A DNA stretch of 64,000 nt from a virus: the IMG/VR virus record IMGVR_UViG_3300045988_171958, positions 192,001 through 256,000 of that record; one strand, 5' to 3'. The notes below the pieces were generated by a model that ran no database searches, was not told where the DNA came from, and saw nothing but the letters and a program-made list of their open reading frames with translations. The position numbers and the translations under genes were made by a program. Position 1 is the first letter of the stretch, and the number at the start of each line of letters is the position of its first letter. Shown piece by piece: positions 54,581 to 64,000 of the stretch.

Positions 54581-55517
54581 TTGGTGATATTCCTAATTTT
54601 CCTGCAAGCTTGAACAACTGTTTTTGAACAGCTGTCTTAGCTTTTTGTTTTGTCTTATTTGTTGATGTTCCTAGATCATTATATTGCTCTTTAGCTTTTT
54701 CTAATGTTGGATCAATAAGCTTTTTCTTCATTGTTGTAGCTGCAGCATAAGCAGAATTATTTACGGCCTCATCATAATGCTTCTGAACATCTTCCATCTT
54801 TTTGTCTGCATAATCAGACATATATGTTTTAGCACTATCAATAGCACTGTTTATTTGATTGTTTACCCATCCCGGACCTTGTATCATTAAAGCAGATATA
54901 TCTTCACAATCTTTTTGAATAGATGATAATGTCTTATCTTTGAATTCATTAGCATCTTTAACAGCTTTCTTACACCAAGCTATTGCTTTCTTTGTTTTAT
55001 TTTCTTTTTCCTTTTCTGCTTCTTTTTGAGCATGCTCTTCTGCTGGAGTACCCATCATTTCTTTCAAACGTTGTTGAAGTTCTTCTTTACATTGTTCTGC
55101 AGCTATAGCAGTAGCTTTCTTAGTAACTTGTGCAGGAAATGATGCAACCATTCCAACTATCTTAGTACCCATTTTAGTAGTAAGTTGAACTCCATACGTT
55201 GTAAGTTCTCCAACTGCTTGCTTAGCAACATCTGCTGTTTGAAAAGCTCCTTGCATAGCAGCTAATCCAGCACCAACTAAGCTACCAGCCATGCCACCTA
55301 TCTGACTTCCAACTTTAGTTACTTCTTTAGTAGCAGTACTTTTGAGATCAGAGACCATAGACATAGTCTTGTCTTGTACAGCATCTGCCAACTGTTTCAA
55401 ATTGCCAGCTTCTATATCAATACCAGTAGCTGCAATAACTGAAGTTGCTTGTCCGGTCAAGAAATTCTGTCCATAATCAATGCATTTTGCTTGCATCTGT
55501 CCTGGTATTGCTCCCAT
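54573..55517 (-). CDS. hypothetical Ala/Lys-rich helical protein (314 aa)
   Basis: ATG ORF whose stop overlaps the TerL start by 8 nt. No recognisable motif. Confidence 0.55.
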   Translation of the reverse strand: MGAIPGQMQAKCIDYGQNFLTGQATSVIAATGIDIEAGNLKQLADAVQDKTMSMVSDLKSTATKEVTKVGSQIGGMAGSLVGAGLAAMQGAFQTADVAKQAVGELTTYGVQLTTKMGTKIVGMVASFPAQVTKKATAIAAEQCKEELQQRLKEMMGTPAEEHAQKEAEKEKENKTKKAIAWCKKAVKDANEFKDKTLSSIQKDCEDISALMIQGPGWVNNQINSAIDSAKTYMSDYADKKMEDVQKHYDEAVNNSAYAAATTMKKKLIDPTLEKAKEQYNDLGTSTNKTKQKAKTAVQKQLFKLAGKLGISPNG

Positions 55518-55519
55518 AT

Positions 55520-56209
55520 TTATTCACTTACAAATGATGTTTTTGAATTCATTTCATCTATGGTATCTGATATCGCTTTAGAACACTTCAATATAGATGG
55601 ACATAAACTTACAGTATAAGGATTTCCATTAGCTGCATTATTCAATTCATCTAATCCAGCCTTCAAATCTGACAACAATTTGTATAGTTTATTTCCTCTA
55701 ACTATTGGGTCTTCACATTTTTCTGTTAAACCAACAAATACTTTTGACCCTCTTATAGATATTTCAGTACCATTAGATTTGCTTTCTATATCCCCGGCTT
55801 GATTTATCTGGGTTTGAGCATGTTCGCCTATTCTAGTTACAAATCCTTGGTTGCCTGTATAGAACATCTGAGCACCAACACTCTTACCAGATCTTGACAC
55901 TAATACATCATAATCAAAATCTTGTTGAGCAGCAGTAGTATTGATGTTTGTTTCCCACATTGTAATATAATAATATTCATATTCATTTGTGGAATCATGC
56001 AATATCCATACTTTTTGTCCCTCTATGCATTTAGAGACACGTTGATATCCTGATCCACTTGTAAATGGAGCAATCCAAAACATATCTTCTTCATGCATAG
56101 AGGCATTATTAAACCAACCAGGAACTACAGCTTTGATTCGACCCATTTTCTTTGGATCATCAGCAGTCACTACAACTCCAGGTCTTATTTCACAATTACT
56201 CAGTTTCAT
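55520..56209 (-). CDS. baseplate hub/spike-like protein (gpV / gp5 OB-fold-like N-terminus)
   Basis: The N-terminus IRPGVVVTADDPKKMGRIKAVVPGW......FWIAPF......Q.V....EGQKVWILHD follows the pattern of Phage_base_V / gp5 N-terminal OB domains. Confidence 0.45.
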   Translation of the reverse strand: MKLSNCEIRPGVVVTADDPKKMGRIKAVVPGWFNNASMHEEDMFWIAPFTSGSGYQRVSKCIEGQKVWILHDSTNEYEYYYITMWETNINTTAAQQDFDYDVLVSRSGKSVGAQMFYTGNQGFVTRIGEHAQTQINQAGDIESKSNGTEISIRGSKVFVGLTEKCEDPIVRGNKLYKLLSDLKAGLDELNNAANGNPYTVSLCPSILKCSKAISDTIDEMNSKTSFVSE

Positions 56210-56930
56210 CTGATAAATTATCTATATCATCTTTAGAGAAGATAATGGTAAACTTACCCTTTTCCATTTTCTCTTTATATCTATTTTGTCCAAATGTTTT
56301 ATCACAACCAAGACATACTGCTTTGACAACTTTCTTACCAACAACAAACAATGATGGGAAAAGTGTTACTGTATCACCTTCATTATCATAAATGAACCAA
56401 GAATCTCCTTCATCAATTGCTGCATTAAATTCTTTTTCAAATTTACCACATATATCTTTTACTTGATCTATAACATCATCTGTTATTCCAACTTTCTTAA
56501 TATATTCATTCTTTGATATTTCAGCCTTCATGTGTGCCTTGAACATACCAATAATTTCTTTTGGATCTTTATTAGACCAATTTTCTTTATTGAATATTTT
56601 ATGGAAATCAGCATTTGATGATGCATAATCTATAGGGGTTATTTCAAACAAATCTTTTGTATTGCGAACTCCTCTTCTTCTTATCTGTCCATTATCTATA
56701 ATCTTGGATAAAGCTTCCAAGTTAGATTTTTCAGTACCAGTTGTTGAAATCACATATAATGACTTGTTAGTACCAAGTACTTTCTTTACGGATCTGTTCC
56801 ATTTTGTGATTCTTGTCTTCTTCAAACCAATGTTTGTAAATATTGGTGTTAAATCACCTACTTCTTTTGCATTTCCTGTAATATCTGACTTAGATATTGA
56901 TTCTTCTATAAATTCTACTAATGATTTCAT
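56196..56930 (-). CDS. hypothetical protein (244 aa)
   Basis: ATG ORF that overlaps the next gene by 14 nt. Confidence 0.55.
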   Translation of the reverse strand: MKSLVEFIEESISKSDITGNAKEVGDLTPIFTNIGLKKTRITKWNRSVKKVLGTNKSLYVISTTGTEKSNLEALSKIIDNGQIRRRGVRNTKDLFEITPIDYASSNADFHKIFNKENWSNKDPKEIIGMFKAHMKAEISKNEYIKKVGITDDVIDQVKDICGKFEKEFNAAIDEGDSWFIYDNEGDTVTLFPSLFVVGKKVVKAVCLGCDKTFGQNRYKEKMEKGKFTIIFSKDDIDNLSDETE

Positions 56931-56945
56931 TTGACTTTTTATATT

Positions 56946-58730
56946 TTACATTTCTCCAGATCCGCCTTCAGCTGAATTGTCCGGTTGTACATCTCCCATC
57001 ATTTCTGAATCTCCTCCAGCATCTTCTGATCCATCATTTTCCATTCCTGCATCTTCTGAATCTGAATCCATTCCTGACATTTCTTCTTCACCATTCTCTT
57101 CTTCCTCAGATTCTGCATCACCCTTTTCTTGCTTCTCTAACCATTTGCATTTTTGGTTGTATTCAAAATCAGCATCAGACATCTTCAGATATCTTTCAAG
57201 TAAGAATCTCATAGAGAAATAGCTATCTTCATTTCCTTCAGCATCAGTTGTAGTGAATGTATCTTTAAGCATACCAATTGTTTCAAGACGTTTGTTGGTA
57301 ACTTCAAGATCCATCATTTCAGTAAATTGATTGTAAGAATTGTATCTGAATATGATAGCATCCAATACTCTCTTGTCATTCTTCATCTCTGGAATTGAGA
57401 GAGCAACTTGAATCTGAATAGGTTTGATGATTACCATAGAGAATACATTTCTAAGTCTGTCAACAAATCTACCAAAGTTTATTTCATCTCTAAGAGTTTG
57501 AGTTGGATCAGTTCCAAACCAAGCAGCAGCATTTTCTTTGTCAAATCTGCTTTCTGGTATCTTAGACATCTTATATAGCTTAGAAAGATAGTACTTAAGC
57601 TGTTCACTATCATTAAGGCTTGGACCTTGGTCAACAAGTGTCTCTATTTCCGGCTTACCATTTTCATTTTCAGGCATCCAATATTCTTTATTGAATGGAA
57701 GATTAGTTCTGCCATTTACTTTAAGTTCACCAGTTTCTGTATTGAAGTCTATATCTTCTTTATATCTAGCCATAGCAGAATTCAGAGTCTGCATACCTTT
57801 TGCTCTGTTCATACCAGCTACAGGTATAGTGAACATTGTCTTAAAGCTGGCTTGAGTTACAGTCCAGATAAGTTGTGCTTGCTCTATGATTCTGTATATG
57901 TTGAATGGTCGAATCAGACGTTCAAGATATGATTGTCTATCTATTACTCCACTATCTTCATACTTGATATATATTACTTGAGAATCAAGCATGATACGTT
58001 CCTGTCCAATCACATCTTTGAACTGTACCCAATATTGTATGCCATTGTCAATAACACGAGTAATAGTAGCTGGATCTATAGGAATGATACCAATGATTGT
58101 ATGAGGGTTTTCTATGTTGTCATATACAATTTCATAAGCTATTACTCCATCTATCAGCCATCTTTTGAATTGGTCCCAAGCTTTGTTTTTCCAATCAAGA
58201 AGCATATATATCTTATAGAAGGTTGTATCTACACAGTTCTTTATCTCTTCTATATGATTTTCATTCAATTGTTGCAGTACACTTGGTTCAATATAAGGTT
58301 CTCCAATATAGACATCATTATCATCATAAACTATACATTCGTTAGCCATGATATCCAATATATCTTCTATTTCTGGATTCATAGCCATCTTTCTCAGAAC
58401 ATCTCTTTTCTGTTCAAGAGTCTTTTCTCTAAATGGTTTGTCTTCTTCTGGCTTCTGCTTCCAGTTATCCATTATACCAGCATACAAGTTAGAAGTCATT
58501 ACTCCAATATCTTTAGGTTGCATCAACTTGTCTGCTGGTACCGCTTTCATGTTCTTTATAACATCAGAAGTCCAGTTCATACCATAATGACTGAGCTTAT
58601 ACAGAATTTTTGCAAGATGACCAGGTTCTCTTACCTGCATCTGGTTTTGCTGTATAGGCATCATATCATTAGCTTGTTCATATATAGTTTTATTTCCTTC
58701 TAATACGTTACTTAAGTTACCAAATATCAT
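56946..58730 (-). CDS. portal protein (T4 gp20-like)
   Basis: The central segment YLERLIRPFNIYRIIEQAQLIWTVTQA..FTIPVAGMNRAKGMQTLNSAMARYKEDIDFNTETGELK....N.....EYWMPE aligns by eye with T4 gp20 ([54 protein letters not shown]..). The C-terminal tail is acidic. Confidence 0.8.
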   Translation of the reverse strand: MIFGNLSNVLEGNKTIYEQANDMMPIQQNQMQVREPGHLAKILYKLSHYGMNWTSDVIKNMKAVPADKLMQPKDIGVMTSNLYAGIMDNWKQKPEEDKPFREKTLEQKRDVLRKMAMNPEIEDILDIMANECIVYDDNDVYIGEPYIEPSVLQQLNENHIEEIKNCVDTTFYKIYMLLDWKNKAWDQFKRWLIDGVIAYEIVYDNIENPHTIIGIIPIDPATITRVIDNGIQYWVQFKDVIGQERIMLDSQVIYIKYEDSGVIDRQSYLERLIRPFNIYRIIEQAQLIWTVTQASFKTMFTIPVAGMNRAKGMQTLNSAMARYKEDIDFNTETGELKVNGRTNLPFNKEYWMPENENGKPEIETLVDQGPSLNDSEQLKYYLSKLYKMSKIPESRFDKENAAAWFGTDPTQTLRDEINFGRFVDRLRNVFSMVIIKPIQIQVALSIPEMKNDKRVLDAIIFRYNSYNQFTEMMDLEVTNKRLETIGMLKDTFTTTDAEGNEDSYFSMRFLLERYLKMSDADFEYNQKCKWLEKQEKGDAESEEEENGEEEMSGMDSDSEDAGMENDGSEDAGGDSEMMGDVQPDNSAEGGSGEM

Positions 58731-58770
58731 GTATCTTACATTACTATTGCTTATATAAAAATATAGAGAA

Positions 58771-58800
58771 TTGAAATTACAACCTATTGATTTCTATATT
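58771..58800 (+). promoter_or_regulatory. promoter-like box
   Basis: ttgaaattacaacctattgatttctatatt upstream of the NTase-like gene. Confidence 0.4.
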
Positions 58801-58837
58801 ACTTTATATTACAAAACAAATAATATATCATAATAAA

Positions 58838-59734
58838 ATGAGTGGAAATTTATTTCAACAAGGAAAATATAAAGCAGAACCTATCAAATCAGAAGTAGCA
58901 CCATTATTACAACAATTAGTGATAAAAGAATTGTTAGATAATTATCCTGATATGGAATACTGTTGCATTGGATCCATAGGTAAGAAGAAAGATGGAGAAT
59001 ATAATGGAGATATAGATATTGCTATAAAAACAGAAAGTATAGAAGAACTAGAAAATATGATAACCAAAGTATTCTCTTATACAGAAAGTGTTACAAGCAA
59101 ATCTTATTTCATAGTATCTATGCTTTATCCTTATAAGGACCCATTAGATGATGACAAGCTAAAGTTTGCTGCAGTTGACTTTATGATGATGAAAGACAAA
59201 GAATACACTGAATTCAGATATTACTGTCCTGATTATAGAAAAGATGAGTCAAAGTATAAAGTTGGTGTAAAGATAATGTGGGCAAATACTATATTGAACC
59301 ATACAAAAGAGAGATTGAATGGAGTAGATTTGTCAAAGAACCAAATGGGTTCATTCAGATTTGTACCAACTGGATTATATCAAACGATATTCAATGTTGA
59401 TACATTTGAAGTAATATCAAACAAATTCATTACAACAAATGTTGATGAAATAGTAAATATGGTTTTTGATGATAGTGATAGAAGTCATTTCAACTCAGTA
59501 GAAACCTTATGGGAAGGTATTCATTCAGAACATTATAAATATCCAGAAGAAGTAAAAATTCTAGAAGCTAGATTGATGATAAATAGCTATAGAAAGGGAT
59601 GGAAAGAGATTATAGATTCAGGAGATTTCAAAATGAAATATTGGACTAAAGAAGATATTTATAAGATGATAGAACCTTATAAATTGGAAAGAAACATAAA
59701 CAAATATTTAGATGTAAAGAATGGAATCCTATAG
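58838..59734 (+). CDS. Pol-beta superfamily nucleotidyltransferase-like protein
   Basis: I moved the start to ATG 58838. The minimal NTase motif hG(G/S)x9-13Dh(D/E)h is present as CIGSIGKKKDGEYNGDIDIAI. Confidence 0.5.
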   Translation: MSGNLFQQGKYKAEPIKSEVAPLLQQLVIKELLDNYPDMEYCCIGSIGKKKDGEYNGDIDIAIKTESIEELENMITKVFSYTESVTSKSYFIVSMLYPYKDPLDDDKLKFAAVDFMMMKDKEYTEFRYYCPDYRKDESKYKVGVKIMWANTILNHTKERLNGVDLSKNQMGSFRFVPTGLYQTIFNVDTFEVISNKFITTNVDEIVNMVFDDSDRSHFNSVETLWEGIHSEHYKYPEEVKILEARLMINSYRKGWKEIIDSGDFKMKYWTKEDIYKMIEPYKLERNINKYLDVKNGIL

Positions 59735-59744
59735 GATTCCATTC
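59719..59744. terminator. bidirectional terminator
   Basis: gaatggaatcctataggattccattc followed by ttttt. It overlaps the 3' end of the NTase-like gene and is convergent with 59754-60482. Confidence 0.65.
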
Positions 59745-59753
59745 TTTTTGTAT

Positions 59754-60482
59754 TTAATCATAAGAAGAGTCCTCTTTATCTTGCCAATCATCAGGTAAGT
59801 TTAAAATATCTGTCCAACCAAGCATTATATCAATAATACTACTACCAGGACCATCCCAATAAAGATCATCATCTGTGTATTCATCATTCATTACATTATC
59901 CATGAATTCATCACTATCATAGAATTTCTCACCACTTTTTCTAGCATATTTTACAGCATCTTTAATATTGTCAAATGATTTAACTATATAGCTAGCATCA
60001 AAGTCTTCATAGTCAAAATACGCAGAACCTAAAAGACCAAGCAAGTCTGATAGTGTACCAATATGCAAACATTGATGATATTCATCTTTGTAAATATAGA
60101 ATTTTGCCTTAGGAACTTTGACATCTTTCCATTTTACAAATTTAAATGCTCCATCATCACTGCCACTTGTAATTTGTTTTAATACTGGGAATTTGATTGT
60201 ACTTACTTTAGAAGCTGGTTCCGCTTTTGCAAGAGCTTTCATAGCTGGATTATTAGCTGTCATATCTTTGACAGTAGCAACTACTTTACCACAGTTCTTA
60301 GCATCAGGACCAGGTTTCCAACCTTTAAGCTCCTTTTCAAGAGCCTTACCAGCAGCAACAGCAAATCGGTTTGCTTGTGAATTTCTACCTTTCTCTCTGG
60401 CAGCCTTTGAAGCACGACCAAGCAATTCAGAACTAAGCTCCATAATCAATGCTTCATTCAAATACTGACTTAAATTTTTCAT
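59754..60482 (-). CDS. hypothetical protein (242 aa)
   Basis: ATG ORF convergent with the NTase-like gene. Confidence 0.55.
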   Translation of the reverse strand: MKNLSQYLNEALIMELSSELLGRASKAAREKGRNSQANRFAVAAGKALEKELKGWKPGPDAKNCGKVVATVKDMTANNPAMKALAKAEPASKVSTIKFPVLKQITSGSDDGAFKFVKWKDVKVPKAKFYIYKDEYHQCLHIGTLSDLLGLLGSAYFDYEDFDASYIVKSFDNIKDAVKYARKSGEKFYDSDEFMDNVMNDEYTDDDLYWDGPGSSIIDIMLGWTDILNLPDDWQDKEDSSYD

Positions 60483-60569
60483 TATGAATTTTTGTTTATA
60501 TAAACTTTATAAATAATAATAAGTTTTTTGAAATTTTTTATGTTTGTTCTAAATTTATTTGCAACAAGA

Positions 60570-60598
60570 TTGAAATAAATCAAGATTGTTCTATATTA
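60570..60598 (+). promoter_or_regulatory. promoter-like box
   Basis: attgaaataaatcaagattgttctatatta upstream of 60638. A second weaker box lies at 60527-60557. Confidence 0.4.
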
Positions 60599-60637
60599 GA
60601 TTCGTTCAAAATAAGAAGTTTAATTTAAATATTGATA

Positions 60638-61024
60638 ATGATTATGAAGAAGTTTTTTGTTACTTTTATTTTCTGTGTAGTATCTGTTATATCATTTGCT
60701 AACACTCCTACATATTTTGTAAAGAACATTGATACAGAAAATATGCCTATCATGGATCTTGAATCACAAGAAAATACAGAATACTGGGTATCAATGTTCA
60801 AATTTGTTCAAGCTGCACAGAAATCAAATGCAACTAAAATGGTAATCAAATATGATGGAAAATGGAAGTATGTAATTCCATCTTCTGAAGCCCTTATTCA
60901 GTTGGATATCATTATTTCTCATTTATGTTCTGGTAGTTCCGTTAAGAATGGTACATTTGAAAAAGGAATGAAAGAAGCTTTTGAAATAGCAAAGAAGGAT
61001 AAATTGATTATTTCTGTACGTTAA
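60638..61024 (+). CDS. secreted/periplasmic hypothetical protein
   Basis: Signal-peptide-like N-terminus MIMKKFFVTFIFCVVSVISFANT. I chose the first ATG because the track start is TTG 60632. Confidence 0.5.
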   Translation: MIMKKFFVTFIFCVVSVISFANTPTYFVKNIDTENMPIMDLESQENTEYWVSMFKFVQAAQKSNATKMVIKYDGKWKYVIPSSEALIQLDIIISHLCSGSSVKNGTFEKGMKEAFEIAKKDKLIISVR

Positions 61025-61054
61025 CTTAATGCATTCACTAGGTTCTATAGGGTT

Positions 61055-61143
61055 CTCCTGTTAAGTGCCTGGGTCACACAGGGAGCGGATAATTATGATT
61101 CAGTATATTCTATCAGCTAAGATAATTTTAACGTCCCTGTGTG
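61055..61143 (+). repeat. conserved structured element, copy 4
   Basis: ttaagtgcctgggtcacacagggagcggataatt..acgtccctgtgtg. It lies just after the stop at 61024. Confidence 0.85.
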
Positions 61144-61199
61144 AATGTTTTTGTTCAACATCTATTGAACTATTTTTAAATAACCAAAGAAATACGAAC

Positions 61200-62468
61200 A
61201 TGAATTATTCATTTTTAAATAATTTTCAACCATTTGTTGTAAAGTTCATAGATGATATTTGCATACCTAAATCTTGTAGAGGAAAATATCTTCTATGTAT
61301 AAATGCAATGGGTATCAAATGGTTTGAAGAAAATTACATAACACTAGAATACGGTGATGGTTTTATTGAAGGTGAGGTTCTAGGTCCTAAGTATCTGATG
61401 CTTGAGGATAGTGGAGCTAACAAGTTTGACATGCCTAGAATTTATGTACCAATTACAAAGGAGTTGATTGATAATGATACTTCAGAATTAGGAAAATTCT
61501 TAATTAAAGCACTTACAGACAATAGTGTATATGGTACTGGTATAGAAGGTTTTAGACCTAGTAAAAACTATTACTTGAATGAAACATTATACAAATGGTG
61601 TACTAGAACAAAAGACCATACTGGTAATGATATTCAATCATTAGCAGAAGAAGATGATGACATATATTTACCCGACTATCTCTATTATGATAGAGAAAAT
61701 GACAAACCTAAAATAACATCATATTTTGAAGAATTGTCTGATAATGAGAAGAAAAGCATTGACTTGAATTTCTTCTTCAATAAGAATGAAATATCAGATT
61801 TGAAGTTTACTGAAGATGATTTCTATTTCTTTCCACAAACTTTCTTCAAAATCATATTAAAGTATACAACTATAACAGAAGAAAACAGACAGGCAGTACC
61901 AAATAATGTTTATGATGTTGTACAGAAGTATTTTGTTAATCATAAAAATGATGAAGCAACAAAACTGTTACAGACTATCATGAATACCAGTACAGATGGT
62001 ACTGATTTGCCTTCTACTATTTCTACTTGCAATTCTTGTACTAACCAATATAATCTATTAAGTGGAAGTTCAAATATAGGTGAAAAGAGTTGTCTAGAAA
62101 AGTATAGAGATGCTATGGATTCATGGTTGAAGATCATGTTGGGTGATTTAGTATATTACAATTCTTGGATGACAGTAAATGAGAACAATACTAAATATCC
62201 TAATTATGATTTGATAGATTTGTTGATAGAATTTCTGAATGAATATATCAAGTACAACAACTTCCCATCCAAAGAACAGAATAGCATAACTAATTTCAAT
62301 TGCCCATCATTAGATAGTTCTTATGATGATAGTGATTGTATTAAAAGTACAATCATGAACTATATTAAAGTTCTAGAATGGGTAAAGAAATGTGAAACTG
62401 TAAAGAACAGAAATAAAATAAAGGTATATGGTAGAGATTTTGCTAATTACCTTTTAACATATTTTTAA
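61200..62468 (+). CDS. hypothetical protein (about 422 aa)
   Basis: I moved the start to ATG 61200 (MNYSFLNNFQ..) because the track start at 61065 lies inside the conserved structured element. Confidence 0.55.
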   Translation: MNYSFLNNFQPFVVKFIDDICIPKSCRGKYLLCINAMGIKWFEENYITLEYGDGFIEGEVLGPKYLMLEDSGANKFDMPRIYVPITKELIDNDTSELGKFLIKALTDNSVYGTGIEGFRPSKNYYLNETLYKWCTRTKDHTGNDIQSLAEEDDDIYLPDYLYYDRENDKPKITSYFEELSDNEKKSIDLNFFFNKNEISDLKFTEDDFYFFPQTFFKIILKYTTITEENRQAVPNNVYDVVQKYFVNHKNDEATKLLQTIMNTSTDGTDLPSTISTCNSCTNQYNLLSGSSNIGEKSCLEKYRDAMDSWLKIMLGDLVYYNSWMTVNENNTKYPNYDLIDLLIEFLNEYIKYNNFPSKEQNSITNFNCPSLDSSYDDSDCIKSTIMNYIKVLEWVKKCETVKNRNKIKVYGRDFANYLLTYF

Positions 62469-62490
62469 ATTAACGTTAATTAAAACATAT

Positions 62491-62880
62491 ATGAAAAGTT
62501 TAGTAGAAACATTGAATGAATCACTAAATATCAATGAAAGTAAAGAAAAGATGCTTAGATTCGAATTTGGTGACCTAGATCATGCAGATGAGACTATCAA
62601 ATCTATTGAAGATCTTGCTAATAAGAATTCTGTGTATTCAGAAAAAATTGATGGTGGTATCAAGATTAAAGCTAATGATTCCAATAAGGATAAGTTAGAT
62701 TCTATCCAAGATGTACTTCAACAATATGTACAGAAAATGCAGGATGATGATAAAGCAAATCAAGATGATGTAAAGTCATTAGCAAATCAATTGAATAAGT
62801 TGAGTGACTTTATTGAATCAGAAGATGACGATGATAAAGAAGATAAAGAAAATAAAGAAGATAATGAAGAAGGAGAATAA
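62491..62880 (+). CDS. hypothetical acidic protein (129 aa)
   Basis: ATG ORF followed by a terminator hairpin. Confidence 0.55.
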   Translation: MKSLVETLNESLNINESKEKMLRFEFGDLDHADETIKSIEDLANKNSVYSEKIDGGIKIKANDSNKDKLDSIQDVLQQYVQKMQDDDKANQDDVKSLANQLNKLSDFIESEDDDDKEDKENKEDNEEGE

Positions 62881-62900
62881 GAATTAAAATATTCAAAATG

Positions 62901-62934
62901 AAAAATGGGAAGAACTTAAGTTCTTCCCATTTTT
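62901..62934. terminator. bidirectional terminator
   Basis: aaaaatgggaagaacTTAAgttcttcccattttt sits between convergent genes. Confidence 0.75.
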
Positions 62935-62936
62935 AT

Positions 62937-63986
62937 TTATTTTTTACTTTCATCACTTTCGATAATGAATGTTGTTTTATCATCTTTATCAGATTTTGCT
63001 ATATTTTCATATTTAGTCATATTACCACTCCAAAGATAAGATATATCTTTAGATGTTGAACCAGTTCGGTTCAATACATAAGGTAAATTATTCAACTTAC
63101 TTACTGTTTTCAGTAAATAAGAAAGCTTTTTTAATATTGAAGCAGAATCTTCAAGTTTTTCTCCTTCATTCCAAACATAAGAAGTATTAGGAAATTCTGT
63201 TGATTTCCAATTTTTCAATTTATCTACTTCATCTAACAAATATTCAAATGATACAGGAATATATTCATAATTGTATTCATCATCATGTGTTATGCTAGGA
63301 TCCAAATATTTATTTACATTGCCAATCTGAGCTTTGTATGACAAAACACCTTTAGGACTAACTTTGTCCATTTTTCCAACAAAATATAATGGTCTTGGAT
63401 TTGGACCACTTACTTTTTTACTAGCTCTAATAAAATATGTTGTTTTATCATAATCAATAACTATTGGTGTATATGTATAACCAATTGTTTCTACATATTT
63501 ACCAAGGTCACTAAATTGTGTACTGAAATTTTTAGATAGTGTAAGTGATCTTGAATGACAATAATCTCGATATCTTGATGGAATATCTGAACTGATATCA
63601 AAATAATTCTTATCAATATCATTAAATGGTGGAGTCAATGCAACTGGTATACCATAAGCATCTGTAGCTACTAAGTCAAATTCACCAGTATCTTTATATG
63701 CATTAGATGAAGTATATACATAAGTGTAAGCGTTATTGTACAATTGTGTATCCCCATAACTATACTGTCCATTATTATCTCTATCTATATAAGCAACATT
63801 AGCAATGTAATTGTAAGTTGTATATTCATCAGGTATTTGAGGGGCACATATCATGAATGAGTTTGCAATCTTAGTACCCATTCCATTATTTGTAGCAGTT
63901 GTAGTACCATTTCCACCTGTATCTGAACTTCCAGTACGATATATCTTATCTAATGATGATAGCAACTTAAACGGAGCATTTGTCAC
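62937..63986 (-). CDS. hypothetical protein (349 aa), probably structural; start is GTG or lies beyond the window
   Basis: Long ORF ending at 62937. There is no in-frame ATG before the window edge. Confidence 0.5.
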   Translation of the reverse strand: MTNAPFKLLSSLDKIYRTGSSDTGGNGTTTATNNGMGTKIANSFMICAPQIPDEYTTYNYIANVAYIDRDNNGQYSYGDTQLYNNAYTYVYTSSNAYKDTGEFDLVATDAYGIPVALTPPFNDIDKNYFDISSDIPSRYRDYCHSRSLTLSKNFSTQFSDLGKYVETIGYTYTPIVIDYDKTTYFIRASKKVSGPNPRPLYFVGKMDKVSPKGVLSYKAQIGNVNKYLDPSITHDDEYNYEYIPVSFEYLLDEVDKLKNWKSTEFPNTSYVWNEGEKLEDSASILKKLSYLLKTVSKLNNLPYVLNRTGSTSKDISYLWSGNMTKYENIAKSDKDDKTTFIIESDESKK

Positions 63987-64000
63987 TATTACATTAAAGT

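Noticed and set aside
61065-61199. The track start of ORF 61065-62468 (MPGSHRERII..) and the start of 48356-49021 (MVGGSSPSW..).
   Set aside because: The N-terminal extensions are translations of the conserved structured element and of tRNA-Ile(TAT) respectively. Internal ATGs at 61200 and 48398 give sensible starts.
63960-64000. The consecutive TAA-TAG-TGA triplets on the - strand just upstream of the GTG start of 62937-63986, considered as a possible signal.
   Set aside because: They are most simply the stop region of the upstream gene (outside the window) overlapping the next start. There is too little sequence to say more.

Overview
AT-rich 64 kb segment of a contractile-tailed dsDNA phage with a distant T4-like core gene set. 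Recognisable genes are tail sheath, tail tube, gp23-like capsid protein, a gp21-like prohead protease fused to a repeat-rich scaffold, gp20-like portal, large terminase, gp46/gp47-like nuclease pair, RNase H/FEN, dCMP deaminase, Dam methylase and the 3' end of a type IIA topoisomerase. Promoter-like boxes (TTTG, about 17-19 nt, TCTATATTT) and lipoprotein signals suggest a Bacteroidota-type host. That host assignment is inference only. Genes fall into + strand blocks (replication, nucleotide metabolism, small unknown genes) that alternate with - strand structural blocks. A 7 kb + strand array (42677-49703) holds 26 hand-folded tRNAs covering all 20 amino acids. Several of these tRNAs carry unusual insertions. 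The array is interspersed with long structured spacers, three protein genes and a homing-endonuclease-like gene. Mobile or selfish elements are an intein in the terminase Walker A motif and three free-standing PD-(D/E)XK/Vsr-like endonuclease genes. The most unusual non-coding signals are three. First, a five-copy family of about 85-nt structured elements with a conserved 28-nt 5' module, each at the 3' end of a + strand gene block. Second, an about 40-nt mini-element found once intergenically and once inside the D-loop of tRNA-Ile(GAT). Third, stem-closed inter-tRNA spacers. All functional calls rest on motifs read by eye; no database search was run.
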